This document shows, in pieces, positions 9,972 through 18,499 of a stretch of DNA of 64,000 nucleotides (its first letter is position 1; the number at the start of each line of letters is the position of its first letter). The notes under the pieces are model-generated. The model saw only the letters and a program-made list of their open reading frames with translations. It did no database searches and had not been told where the DNA came from. The stretch comes from Candidatus Latescibacterota bacterium (GTDB lineage: Bacteria > Latescibacterota > CBDEFO01), in assembly GCA_965248755.1 (NCBI GenBank), contig OZ252149.1, positions 1,120,001-1,184,000 of the forward strand, in the 5' to 3' direction. Both the position numbers and the translations under genes were made by a program.

Positions 9972-9978
9972 TTTTTAT

Positions 9979-10054
9979 TGGTGGAGCTGAGGGGGATCGA
10001 ACCCCTGACCTATTGTCTGCCAGACAATCGCTCTCCCATCTGAGCTACAGCCCC
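9979..10054 (-). tRNA. tRNA-Ala (GGC)
   Basis: GGGGCTGTAGCTCAGATGGGAGAGCG ATTGT CTGGCAG ACAAT AGGTCAGGGGTTCGATCCCCCTCAGCTCCACCA; 76 nt, cloverleaf, G3:U70, encoded CCA. Confidence 0.97.
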
Positions 10055-10065
10055 ACTTGCTCTAT

Positions 10066-10094
10066 ATGATAATAAAAATGGCTCTAAATGTCAA
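10066..10094 (-). promoter_or_regulatory. sigma70-type promoter of tRNA-Ala
   Basis: TTGACA-17 bp-TATCAT on minus strand, 11 bp before the tRNA. Confidence 0.7.
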
Positions 10095-10242
10095 GAACAA
10101 AATGTCCAGAGGTAGAATGTGCAGGAATTTAGGTTCACGTTTCCCAGTTCCAGGCAAACCACGTTAGTCGAGTGAAAGAAAGGGATTTGGGAACAATGCT
10201 GTTAAGACGTTTGCCCGGTACAGGCGAAGAACCGCAGATAGA

Positions 10243-11649
10243 TCAATCGTACATACAGTAGTAATACGAAGTACCAGTGCTTATGCCGGTTCTGAGTCTC
10301 GGTAGAATGACCTTCAGATGCAGCTTGTATTTCTCTGCTTTTTCCGTACGGAGGGCCTGTTCATAATAAGCCAGGGCATTTAATCTGCTCGATTCAGTAT
10401 ACTGCTCGTATTTGGTCCACTTCGTCCACGGAACGGCCTCACCGTTCTTATCCAAGCCCAGGCTAAAAAGAGTCTCTTCTGCCTTGCCCAGAAAGAACAG
10501 CACATCATGAGTGAATTCGGATTCAGGATAGTATTCCAGAAAGGCGCGTCCCTCCGACAAGACCTTCGGCCATTGTTCATTTCCCTTACGGCATCTGGGC
10601 GGTGTATCGAAACCCACCCCCATCATTTGAACGAACGCAAAGTGCCCCCAATATGAATCCCCATAGTTACTAGCCAGATTTGCGAGGAGATTCTGGTCGT
10701 ATGTATATGACCTTCCAAGTGCAGAATAATAATATTCCAGACCATAGCGTTTCAGCCATAGCTTGTGTGGATCTACCTTTTCCCTCAGCCCAAATCTAAA
10801 GATATACGTGACCACATAGTTCTGGAAGAGAAGAAAGAGTGGCCTATCTTGTTCACTTATAACCTTTTGGTCTATCGTCTCGTATATTGCTATAAGATCG
10901 GGAACATTCATCCACTTCTCCTTGGGCAGATAATTTCGTTGACTGGATCGAGAGATCTCCTTGATTCTCTCCCACTGCGCTCTAGTAATAAGCTGAGCGA
11001 TATTTCTTGCCTCAAGCTCCTCGACAAGCTTTTCCGGCATCTTAAGGGGCTCCCACCAGATCAACTCCCACTGTCCTGGAGACCACCGTATGTGATCGTA
11101 CTCGTCGAACCTCCTATGCCGCAAGACGGTTTTTACATACCTTTTCTTCTTGTACTTGTCGTACGCATAGTATACTAATCCGCTCAGCTCCCCCTTCTCT
11201 ATGCTCAAGACATTTTTCCAATGCCCCAGCCCAAAATGACGATAGCTGTCGTTTGCACCAGCTTCGATACTGAAATTACTATTTTTCAGCGATTGGAGGA
11301 TACTTTCTTGTACACTCTTGCCTTCTTCTTCAGACTGAACAGATATTCGCAGATACCCCATCAGCACTATTTCTGTAACCGCATGAAGAGAAGGCTCAGC
11401 ATAAGTGAATAGTCTCAGCCGGCTGTTCTGTTCCTCTTGCGTGAATGATCTCAACACGTAGCCTTGAGCCTCCTTGAGATTCATTTCTCCATAGTGTTCT
11501 GTCCTCCAAGTAGAATCCTGCCGCAAAGCAGAAGAGCTGTCTGCCCATGGAGCGTCCAGCAGCTGTTTCAGCATCGCCTCAGGACCTGTATCGCCATAAA
11601 CCGGCCGATATACCAACAGAAGAAATAGTACGACACGGATTTTCATCAC
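10243..11649 (-). CDS. Secreted hypothetical protein with TPR-like C-terminus
   Basis: 468-aa ORF, N-terminal hydrophobic signal, FLEYYPES...VLFFLGKA...ALAYYEQAL TPR-like pattern. Confidence 0.6.
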   Translation of the reverse strand: MMKIRVVLFLLLVYRPVYGDTGPEAMLKQLLDAPWADSSSALRQDSTWRTEHYGEMNLKEAQGYVLRSFTQEEQNSRLRLFTYAEPSLHAVTEIVLMGYLRISVQSEEEGKSVQESILQSLKNSNFSIEAGANDSYRHFGLGHWKNVLSIEKGELSGLVYYAYDKYKKKRYVKTVLRHRRFDEYDHIRWSPGQWELIWWEPLKMPEKLVEELEARNIAQLITRAQWERIKEISRSSQRNYLPKEKWMNVPDLIAIYETIDQKVISEQDRPLFLLFQNYVVTYIFRFGLREKVDPHKLWLKRYGLEYYYSALGRSYTYDQNLLANLASNYGDSYWGHFAFVQMMGVGFDTPPRCRKGNEQWPKVLSEGRAFLEYYPESEFTHDVLFFLGKAEETLFSLGLDKNGEAVPWTKWTKYEQYTESSRLNALAYYEQALRTEKAEKYKLHLKVILPRLRTGISTGTSYYYCMYD

Positions 11650-11788
11650 ATTTACTCTCCACTTGCTACGGTTTTTCGACTTCTACGAAAAAGACAGTGA
11701 AAGCAAAATCTTCAAAATCTGGATCAGCGTCCTTACGCCTGTATTGATGATAAGAAAAAGAAGACAGGAGACAGAAGGCGAATTCCTT

Positions 11789-12685
11789 TCATTCCCTCTT
11801 GACTATATGTGTTCTCGCCATCTTCTCAAGGACCTTGCACACCGCCGAAAAGTCCTTCGTTCCCAGGTCCATCGCGCTGGCCGCCGTATATAACTCATAG
11901 GCTATGGACCCTAAAGGCATCGGTATATCCATTTCCTTGCCCATCGCCATAGCCAGTCCCACGTCCTTTTTCATCAGGTCCAGCATGAACCCCGGCTGGA
12001 AGTGGTCTTCCAATAAGAAATCGGCAACTCTCGCCTGAAAGAGCACCGAGTTTCCAGAACTGACGCTTATCACCTGCCTCATCACCTCAGGATCGGCTCC
12101 CGCCTTGGCGCCGAGAACTAATCCCTCCCCGATAGCTGCCATCGTTATCCCGCCTATCAGCTGGTTCACTATCTTCACTATCTGTCCTGTGCCGACTCCC
12201 CCGACGTGAAATATATTCTCCCCCATCGCCTCAAAGAGAGGTCGGCACCTCTCCACGTCCTCCTTGTCTCCTCCGGCAATGATTGTCAAAGTTCCAGCCT
12301 CTGCCCCCACATCTCCTCCGCTTACAGGAGCGTCCACAACCTTTACGCCCTTGTTGGATGCAGTCTTCGATATTTTCCTTATAGTCATCGGAGAAATGGT
12401 GCTCATATCGGCGATTATGCCTCCCGCCTTCATCCCCAAGAGCAGTCCGTTATCGCCCAATATCACCTCATCTACCTGGGGGTCAGCCGTGACTATGGTG
12501 ATAACTATATCTGAGTTACGGCCTACCTCCGCGGGAGACTCTGCGGATTCGGCGCCTAAATCTGCCATCTGCCTTAAGGGCTCGGGTCTCCTTGCGTAGA
12601 CACAGAGATCGAATCCCGCGTTTTTCAGGTTCTTCGCCATAGGGAGTCCCATCGTGCCCAGACCTATGAATCCCACCCTTTCCAT
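11789..12685 (-). CDS. 3-hydroxyisobutyrate dehydrogenase / 2-hydroxy-3-oxopropionate reductase family
   Basis: GFIGLGTMGLPMA, DMSTISP, DAPVSGG, K.VNQ, F.LDLMKKD. Confidence 0.92.
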   Translation of the reverse strand: MERVGFIGLGTMGLPMAKNLKNAGFDLCVYARRPEPLRQMADLGAESAESPAEVGRNSDIVITIVTADPQVDEVILGDNGLLLGMKAGGIIADMSTISPMTIRKISKTASNKGVKVVDAPVSGGDVGAEAGTLTIIAGGDKEDVERCRPLFEAMGENIFHVGGVGTGQIVKIVNQLIGGITMAAIGEGLVLGAKAGADPEVMRQVISVSSGNSVLFQARVADFLLEDHFQPGFMLDLMKKDVGLAMAMGKEMDIPMPLGSIAYELYTAASAMDLGTKDFSAVCKVLEKMARTHIVKRE

Positions 12686-12760
12686 TTTCTATCCTCCTCC
12701 GAAAAAGATAAGCGGCCCCGACCTTTAAAAAAGAAGGAGCCGCTTTAAACGCAAATACCT

Positions 12761-13531
12761 CTACGAGACAACCTTGAACACTATACTCTCAGTTACTGCG
12801 GGAAAGAACCTGTTTACGGTTAAGAGAAATCTGCTCTGAAGACTTGCGAAGACCTCCCGTTTTCCTTTGATCACACCCTTTACTAACGCCTCTGCAACCC
12901 TTTGGGGAGGTATGGCCTTTGGACTCCATCTCTTCCTATCCTGCCCGTTTGCCATATCAGTATCTGTTAAGGGCGGCAGGACCGCCATCACATTTATCCC
13001 CAGCGGCTTCAGCTCTCCCCTCAGAGACTGAGTGAACCCTAAAACCGCAAACTTGGTGGCGCAGTAACTGCTCGACATCGGCGTGCCTATCTTACCTATC
13101 ACCGAAGAGACGTTTACAATCGCTCCGCTTTTTCTTTCTATCATTGAAGGGAGCACGCGCTTTGTCGTATATACAATTCCAAAATAGTTTGTCTCCATCT
13201 CCTTGAGGAAGACGGATATGTCCTTATCTATAAAATAGCTGCGATCCAGTATCCCGGCGTTATTTACGAGGACATCTATGTGCCCGAACCCCTCTAAAGC
13301 CCTATCCACACACTTATTGACCGACTCCTGTGAGGTCACGTCCATCACATGCGCCCATGCCCTCCCTCCATCTTTTTGGATCTGGGACTTCAATTCTTCA
13401 ATCAGTTCCTGATTCCTTGCCGTAAGCAGAACTTTAGAACCCCGCTTGGAAAAACACAGCGCTGTCTCCCTGCCTATCCCCCTTGAAGCCCCCGTTATAA
13501 ATGCGACCTTGTCTTTGAGGTCATAGGACAT
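12761..13531 (-). CDS. Short-chain dehydrogenase/reductase (SDR)
   Basis: TGASRGIG, NNAG, NVSS, YCATK. Confidence 0.93.
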   Translation of the reverse strand: MSYDLKDKVAFITGASRGIGRETALCFSKRGSKVLLTARNQELIEELKSQIQKDGGRAWAHVMDVTSQESVNKCVDRALEGFGHIDVLVNNAGILDRSYFIDKDISVFLKEMETNYFGIVYTTKRVLPSMIERKSGAIVNVSSVIGKIGTPMSSSYCATKFAVLGFTQSLRGELKPLGINVMAVLPPLTDTDMANGQDRKRWSPKAIPPQRVAEALVKGVIKGKREVFASLQSRFLLTVNRFFPAVTESIVFKVVS

Positions 13532-13670
13532 CTATGTTGCCTTTTGCGGAGTGGTGGTTTATTGAAATTCAACTATGTATCGGGTTAAAATAGTCTGGGC
13601 GAGATTGTGGGATCAAGATAGCAGATAGCGTGGTGATGGGAGGGTGTAACCCCGTCTACTCTCTACTTGT

Positions 13671-14864
13671 CTATTTGACCTCAATCGGCGGCTCCTCTAT
13701 CCTTTCAAAGAACTCCCCGGCTTTATCTCTGGCTTTTTCAATCGGCTTCCTTGTATCCAGAGCCATCTTGGTTCTTTCTCTCACACTGGGTCTGATAGTT
13801 GCTTTCATAAGGATGATCAACTCTCTTTGCATTACCTCTTTTCTATTCACTCCGAAAAGATACTTAATTCCGAAGAACCACCAGGGCAGATCCTTTAGAA
13901 TCGGGAATCCCTTTCTTAATATCCTGTAATCGTTCGAGTAGAGTCCGGCAATAGCGGTCTCCTCACCGTCCATCAGAAGGACTTTGGTTGCCGCCGTGGT
14001 TATGTTTATCGTTTTGAGTACCGGGTCTATAAGTGTGCTGCGCTCGGCGGATATGTCCAAATTGATGAAGTCTATGTCCTCTATGGTGATTATCTGTGGC
14101 GTGACGGTTAACATAGTCCCCACGTGGAAGAATTGGGTTATCGTATTGCCTGAAAAGTCCGTCGTCTGCACAGCAAAGTCCTGACCCACCTGTATCCTCC
14201 CCTGCTCTCCCGACACGACAGTTATCTCAGGACTGGAGATAACCTCACCCTTGTTTTGAAGTTCAAAAGACCTTAAAAGGAAATCAACCCTGAAAGTATT
14301 TGAGGGTTCTGCAGTCCCCTCCACTTTGAATATATCCTCGCTCACTCCACTTCCGGCTATGCTTTGGGTCCTGACGCTTACCTTTCCCCCTGTCAGGGTA
14401 CTCCAATTCACGCCGAGTTCCCTCAAGGCTCTCCTATCCGCCTCGAAGAAAATGGCAGATATGTTCACCTCTCTGCTGTCCAGGTCGAACGGAGGGGGTT
14501 CAACTTCCTCCTCAACAACTGGTGGACCGATCCCTGTTATCTCAATATACTTTTCGCGCCTTACGAATCTCAGATTGTTGTTGTTGACGATCAGTTGAAG
14601 GGTCCGCGCCCAGGGGAGACTCTTTATCTCTATCCCTATGGGAGCAGTGCGAGCTTCAGGATCGATGATCGGTACGCCCCCCACCTTCTCTATTATCTTA
14701 AGGGCCTCGTTGAAAGGAACATCGGGGCTCAAAGATATGGGCTCCTGTCCGGCGTAGATTCCTCCAGGGCCTGGAAAGACCCCCCCAGGGGTTACCATCT
14801 GGGACAGGGCCCCAGAAGATGTGAGCAACAAGAACAACACGCCCAAAAGAACTTGTAGGAGCAT
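13671..14864 (-). CDS. Short secretin (PilQ/GspD-like)
   Basis: V.ISAIFFE....LRELGVNW, SSPEITVVSG, GTMLTVTPQI, DGEETAIAGL, PILKDLP; signal peptide. Confidence 0.88.
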   Translation of the reverse strand: MLLQVLLGVLFLLLTSSGALSQMVTPGGVFPGPGGIYAGQEPISLSPDVPFNEALKIIEKVGGVPIIDPEARTAPIGIEIKSLPWARTLQLIVNNNNLRFVRREKYIEITGIGPPVVEEEVEPPPFDLDSREVNISAIFFEADRRALRELGVNWSTLTGGKVSVRTQSIAGSGVSEDIFKVEGTAEPSNTFRVDFLLRSFELQNKGEVISSPEITVVSGEQGRIQVGQDFAVQTTDFSGNTITQFFHVGTMLTVTPQIITIEDIDFINLDISAERSTLIDPVLKTINITTAATKVLLMDGEETAIAGLYSNDYRILRKGFPILKDLPWWFFGIKYLFGVNRKEVMQRELIILMKATIRPSVRERTKMALDTRKPIEKARDKAGEFFERIEEPPIEVK

Positions 14865-15812
14865 TTACTGGTCCCCTTCTATCTCTATTGCAGTCTCCAG
14901 TTGGATGATGATTTCGCTTCTTATCCCCGATGCATTCTGAACAAACTTTATCTCTCCTTTTTTCTGATCGATCCACGCTACATGGCCCAGATATATCTCA
15001 TCTCCTTCTGCCAGATTCCATTCTGCGCCGCTCTTGTCGATCAGATATGCGAAAGTTCGTCCTAACATCCGATATATAGCCAAAAGCCGTGCGCCGTCTG
15101 GATCGAAGAGCTCATCCACATTGGGTGGAACGGTCTCGTATACGAGGGGTCCGAACGGATTTATGGACGGCGGCTCAGCTCCTAAACCGCTGTCACCTGT
15201 CTTTGCTGTGTCCGTACTTTCAGGGCTGAAATAGGCTTCGAGGATCATATTGAAAGTGATCTTGCTTTGAGGCGCTCCGTCCACCTGGTAGCGCTTCTCG
15301 GACAAAGATGGATCCTTTAACTTGTACAGGGTCGACTTGTTTTCCAGGTACCATATAAAGTTATAAAGGTTTTCAAAGTCACCTTCGCCCGAAATCCTGT
15401 ACACGTTGTATCTTGCGGGAGGTTCTTCCTCGTTTTTGTTCTCTTCCTTTCCCTTGCCTTCCTCTCCAAACTTTTGGGTTGACTCGAATGTAAAGTCAAA
15501 ATCTATTGAAGTGTTCGGATAGTTGAGTATCTCATCCAGATAAGCCAACGTCTGGGTATCGTTATTCGATTGGGGGATCACCTTTTTGCGTGCTTCCCAT
15601 TTTGTCTTTAGCATTTCCAACCTTTTGCGCAACTCATTGAAGATAGCAGATTCAGCCTCTGCAATATACAGCTTCTCCTGCTGTTCTTTAACCATCTTTT
15701 CCAAACGCTTCAACTCATCGCCCTGGCGAACAAAGACCCAATATCCACCGCTAGCGCCTACGATCAAAAGTAGGATTCCTATAATCAGACTGTTGCGTAC
15801 TGCGTAGGACAA
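14865..15812 (-). CDS. PilO-like protein with PilP-like C-terminal region
   Basis: N-terminal TM, coiled coil, G.GDFENLYNFIWYLEN, then NPFGPL...AYLID..G...GDEIYLG.V..ID; position between PilM/N and secretin. Confidence 0.65.
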   Translation of the reverse strand: MSYAVRNSLIIGILLLIVGASGGYWVFVRQGDELKRLEKMVKEQQEKLYIAEAESAIFNELRKRLEMLKTKWEARKKVIPQSNNDTQTLAYLDEILNYPNTSIDFDFTFESTQKFGEEGKGKEENKNEEEPPARYNVYRISGEGDFENLYNFIWYLENKSTLYKLKDPSLSEKRYQVDGAPQSKITFNMILEAYFSPESTDTAKTGDSGLGAEPPSINPFGPLVYETVPPNVDELFDPDGARLLAIYRMLGRTFAYLIDKSGAEWNLAEGDEIYLGHVAWIDQKKGEIKFVQNASGIRSEIIIQLETAIEIEGDQ

Positions 15813-15869
15813 CTTCTATTACCTCCACTGCAGATGCCGAAAAGACTGACTACATCACTTCTCCCCGCG

Positions 15870-18455
15870 TCATATATTTCCGGTCCTTGTGTCCGGTTTT
15901 TGGGCATAAGGATAAATATCCACTACTATCCTCTGCGGCTCTGGTAACTTTAGCGTCTTTATCTTAAAGTTGGGTCTGGTGATGGATATAATCGCCCTTA
16001 TAGTCATCCCTTCTGTGGATATTTCAAGTGACTCTATTACGGGATCTCTAAGAATGGATATAACCGCCCTTATGACTGTCCCTTGTGCGGATATTTCAAG
16101 GGACTCTATTACGGAATTTCTAAGACCTAAAAGGAACTCTTTATCCATGATTGTGGCATTTTCTATCTTGAGGGTTACCGTTTTTTCTCCTTCTGAAAAG
16201 TTGAAGTCAGACGTCTTGTTCAGCTGGAATACAACCCTTGAGAATCTATCGTGAGCCCATGCCCTTACAGCCACTACCTGAGTTATCTCTCCCTTTTGAG
16301 CAGACAGGAGGTCTCGGTCTGCCCTTGTGATCTGTTGTCGCCCTGCAGGAGTCTTCGGAATTAACAGATCTTCGATTCTGATGACATCTGTATCCCCTGC
16401 TGGCCTTTGGGAGAGCAATTGCTCAATGTCTAAGGGAAGTCTTTCTGCATATTGCAGAGGCTCTCGGGGAACGACATCTGAGATAGGTTCAGGCGATGCA
16501 GGCTGTGCTTTGGCCACCTGAGTCTCTTGATCGGGTTTACCTCGAACAGGCACTTCTTGCTCTTGGACCTTTTCCTTCGGTAGCTCAACGTCCGACGCAA
16601 GTTCAGATACCGCTGTTGTCTCCCTTATATGTGCAGTCTGCTTCTGTGCCTCCGCAAGTTGCTCCGATTTCTCTTGAAGACTCCTTTTTCCCTCCATTGC
16701 AGCTATCTTTGTTAATGATTCCTTTTGGGGCTCTTCATCTTTTTCATCTGTGGGGGCAACTTCCAACTCCTCCTCCGGTTCGGAAGGGATTATTTGATCA
16801 TATAGAGCGTCGAACTGGAAGCTAAATATTTCCTTTCCCCGAAGCTCCGAGCGAGTAATCTGATTGATCCTGGATACCCCGAAAGAGCTGGCTATTTCGT
16901 GTATTTTGTTGCGTTGTAGAGCCCTTCCTGAAAGTGATATGCCCTCATCTGTGCTTTTCATCTGATCGAACCATATGGAATTCGTCCGGTCGGTCTCCTC
17001 CACCATCTTTTTGAGGATGCGGCTCCACCTGTTATAGTCCGAGCTTACAGTATCGATTCTACTTATCTTGGCTTCCAACTCTCCGATTCTGTTCTCTATA
17101 ATGCTGATAGTATCTGCCAGGGGAGTTGCGTCTTCTATCTGTTTGATTTGCAGTTCGACTTTACGATTGTCCAAGACGATAGCGTCGATATTTTTCTCAT
17201 ACTGGAACCCCAAATAGAGGGCTGTCCCGGCCAAAAGGGCGATCAGCGAGAGTCCGTGCCAGGCTATATGAAAAGGATTCTGACGCCTTTTACGTTCCCC
17301 CGGGAGCAGATTCGTAGGATAGAAGCGTTCGTTTTGAGGATCCAGGACCTTCCAGGCCAAAGCTATGGGTATTGCAAAGACGGAGACCAGATCTACTTGA
17401 TCGCGTTCGATCTGACTCGTGTCCAGCATATCTGGCACCAGATACTCGATACGGGATTCTGGAAACTGCCCTGAGAAGAACTCTTGGGCGTTAACGGATT
17501 TGCTTTCCCCAGCCAGAATGATCCTGTCTATGTCGGGTATGTCTGAAACGTCCTGAGCAAACAGGATTCTGCTGAATATAGTTGTCAACACCTGAGGCGA
17601 GTCGAAGCCTTCGTTTATAACCTGGGCAAAGCCGAGGTACTCGCTGCCCCGTAAGAATACAACCCTGGAAAAATCCGTCCCTATGTAGATTATGGCGGTT
17701 ACCTCGTCCTCTGGGGTTTCAGACAGCCTGACCAGGTTCATTAGGGCTACTTCATTGATGTCTATAACGCTGACTCTTACGTTCGTGTTGAAAAAGAATT
17801 TGAGCTGATCTATGCTGGACAAAAGCTCCATCGGATCTGAGTGTAGAGCTGATACTACTGTACCATCCACCTGGAAGTAACCCAGATTATCGTCGTTGAT
17901 CCCACCATCTTGGCCCTTGATGTTTTCTATTTCAGATTCGATCCACTTTTTGAGTTTTTTGCCTTTGAGTCCTTCGGTGTTCGCCAGGTCGAAGAAGTCA
18001 ACTGAAGGCTCGAGGAGATTGACTCCGAGCAAGCTTTGCCTGATCGGGAATTCACCTAGCGCAGAAAATAGGATGCTGGCATTGTTTTCCTCTTCGTCCT
18101 CTGCTTCCACGTCTTCTCCACCCCCTTCGGCTGCCAGCTCCACTTCCGGCTCAGGTTCGGTTTCCATCATAGCGTCCAGACCCAGAATATCTTCTTCCGT
18201 CTCGGGCGCTGTCTCCTCTTGCGCGACCTCTCTCTGATCGGCTTGCTCCTCGGCTATCCCCGGCAGCTCTCCTTCTAATGCCTCAATTTCACCTGTCTCT
18301 ATTCTCTCCTCCATCCTCTTCTTCAATCGTGCCCTCTTGATGGCCTTGAGAACTATGCTTCCCCCCTCCCTGGCAAGATAGGCGATCTTTACATCCAGAC
18401 CATCTACCATCACACCTATTGCGTGCTTGGATATACCGATTGAAGAAATAGCCAT
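15870..18455 (-). CDS. PilM-like/PilN-like fusion with C-terminal AMIN-like domain
   Basis: IGVMVDGLDVKIA, IYIGTDFSRVVF, IDRIILAGE (actin-like PilM), TNLLP + TM + coiled coil + IWF...ISLSGRA (PilN), HDRFSRVVFQL...LPEPQRIVVDI (AMIN). Confidence 0.7.
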   Translation of the reverse strand: MAISSIGISKHAIGVMVDGLDVKIAYLAREGGSIVLKAIKRARLKKRMEERIETGEIEALEGELPGIAEEQADQREVAQEETAPETEEDILGLDAMMETEPEPEVELAAEGGGEDVEAEDEEENNASILFSALGEFPIRQSLLGVNLLEPSVDFFDLANTEGLKGKKLKKWIESEIENIKGQDGGINDDNLGYFQVDGTVVSALHSDPMELLSSIDQLKFFFNTNVRVSVIDINEVALMNLVRLSETPEDEVTAIIYIGTDFSRVVFLRGSEYLGFAQVINEGFDSPQVLTTIFSRILFAQDVSDIPDIDRIILAGESKSVNAQEFFSGQFPESRIEYLVPDMLDTSQIERDQVDLVSVFAIPIALAWKVLDPQNERFYPTNLLPGERKRRQNPFHIAWHGLSLIALLAGTALYLGFQYEKNIDAIVLDNRKVELQIKQIEDATPLADTISIIENRIGELEAKISRIDTVSSDYNRWSRILKKMVEETDRTNSIWFDQMKSTDEGISLSGRALQRNKIHEIASSFGVSRINQITRSELRGKEIFSFQFDALYDQIIPSEPEEELEVAPTDEKDEEPQKESLTKIAAMEGKRSLQEKSEQLAEAQKQTAHIRETTAVSELASDVELPKEKVQEQEVPVRGKPDQETQVAKAQPASPEPISDVVPREPLQYAERLPLDIEQLLSQRPAGDTDVIRIEDLLIPKTPAGRQQITRADRDLLSAQKGEITQVVAVRAWAHDRFSRVVFQLNKTSDFNFSEGEKTVTLKIENATIMDKEFLLGLRNSVIESLEISAQGTVIRAVISILRDPVIESLEISTEGMTIRAIISITRPNFKIKTLKLPEPQRIVVDIYPYAQKPDTRTGNI
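15982..16125. repeat. Two imperfect 72-bp tandem units inside the AMIN-like domain
   Basis: VIESLEISAQGTVIRAVISI / VIESLEISTEGMTIRAIISI; DNA period 72. Confidence 0.85.
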
Positions 18456-18499
18456 TTAAACCACCGAAATCCCTGGGGACGTAGACAGTGTTATGGTTA

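Larger units (their letters stand above)
1121..9978. mobile_element. tRNA-Ala-integrated genomic island without intact integrase
   Basis: Bounded by the intact tRNA and a degenerate tRNA 3' copy; integrase stub next to tRNA; mixed base composition; IS remnants. Confidence 0.75.
9583..10025 (+). repeat. Island end module copy 2
   Basis: Direct repeat of 679-1120, running into the intact tRNA. Confidence 0.95.
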
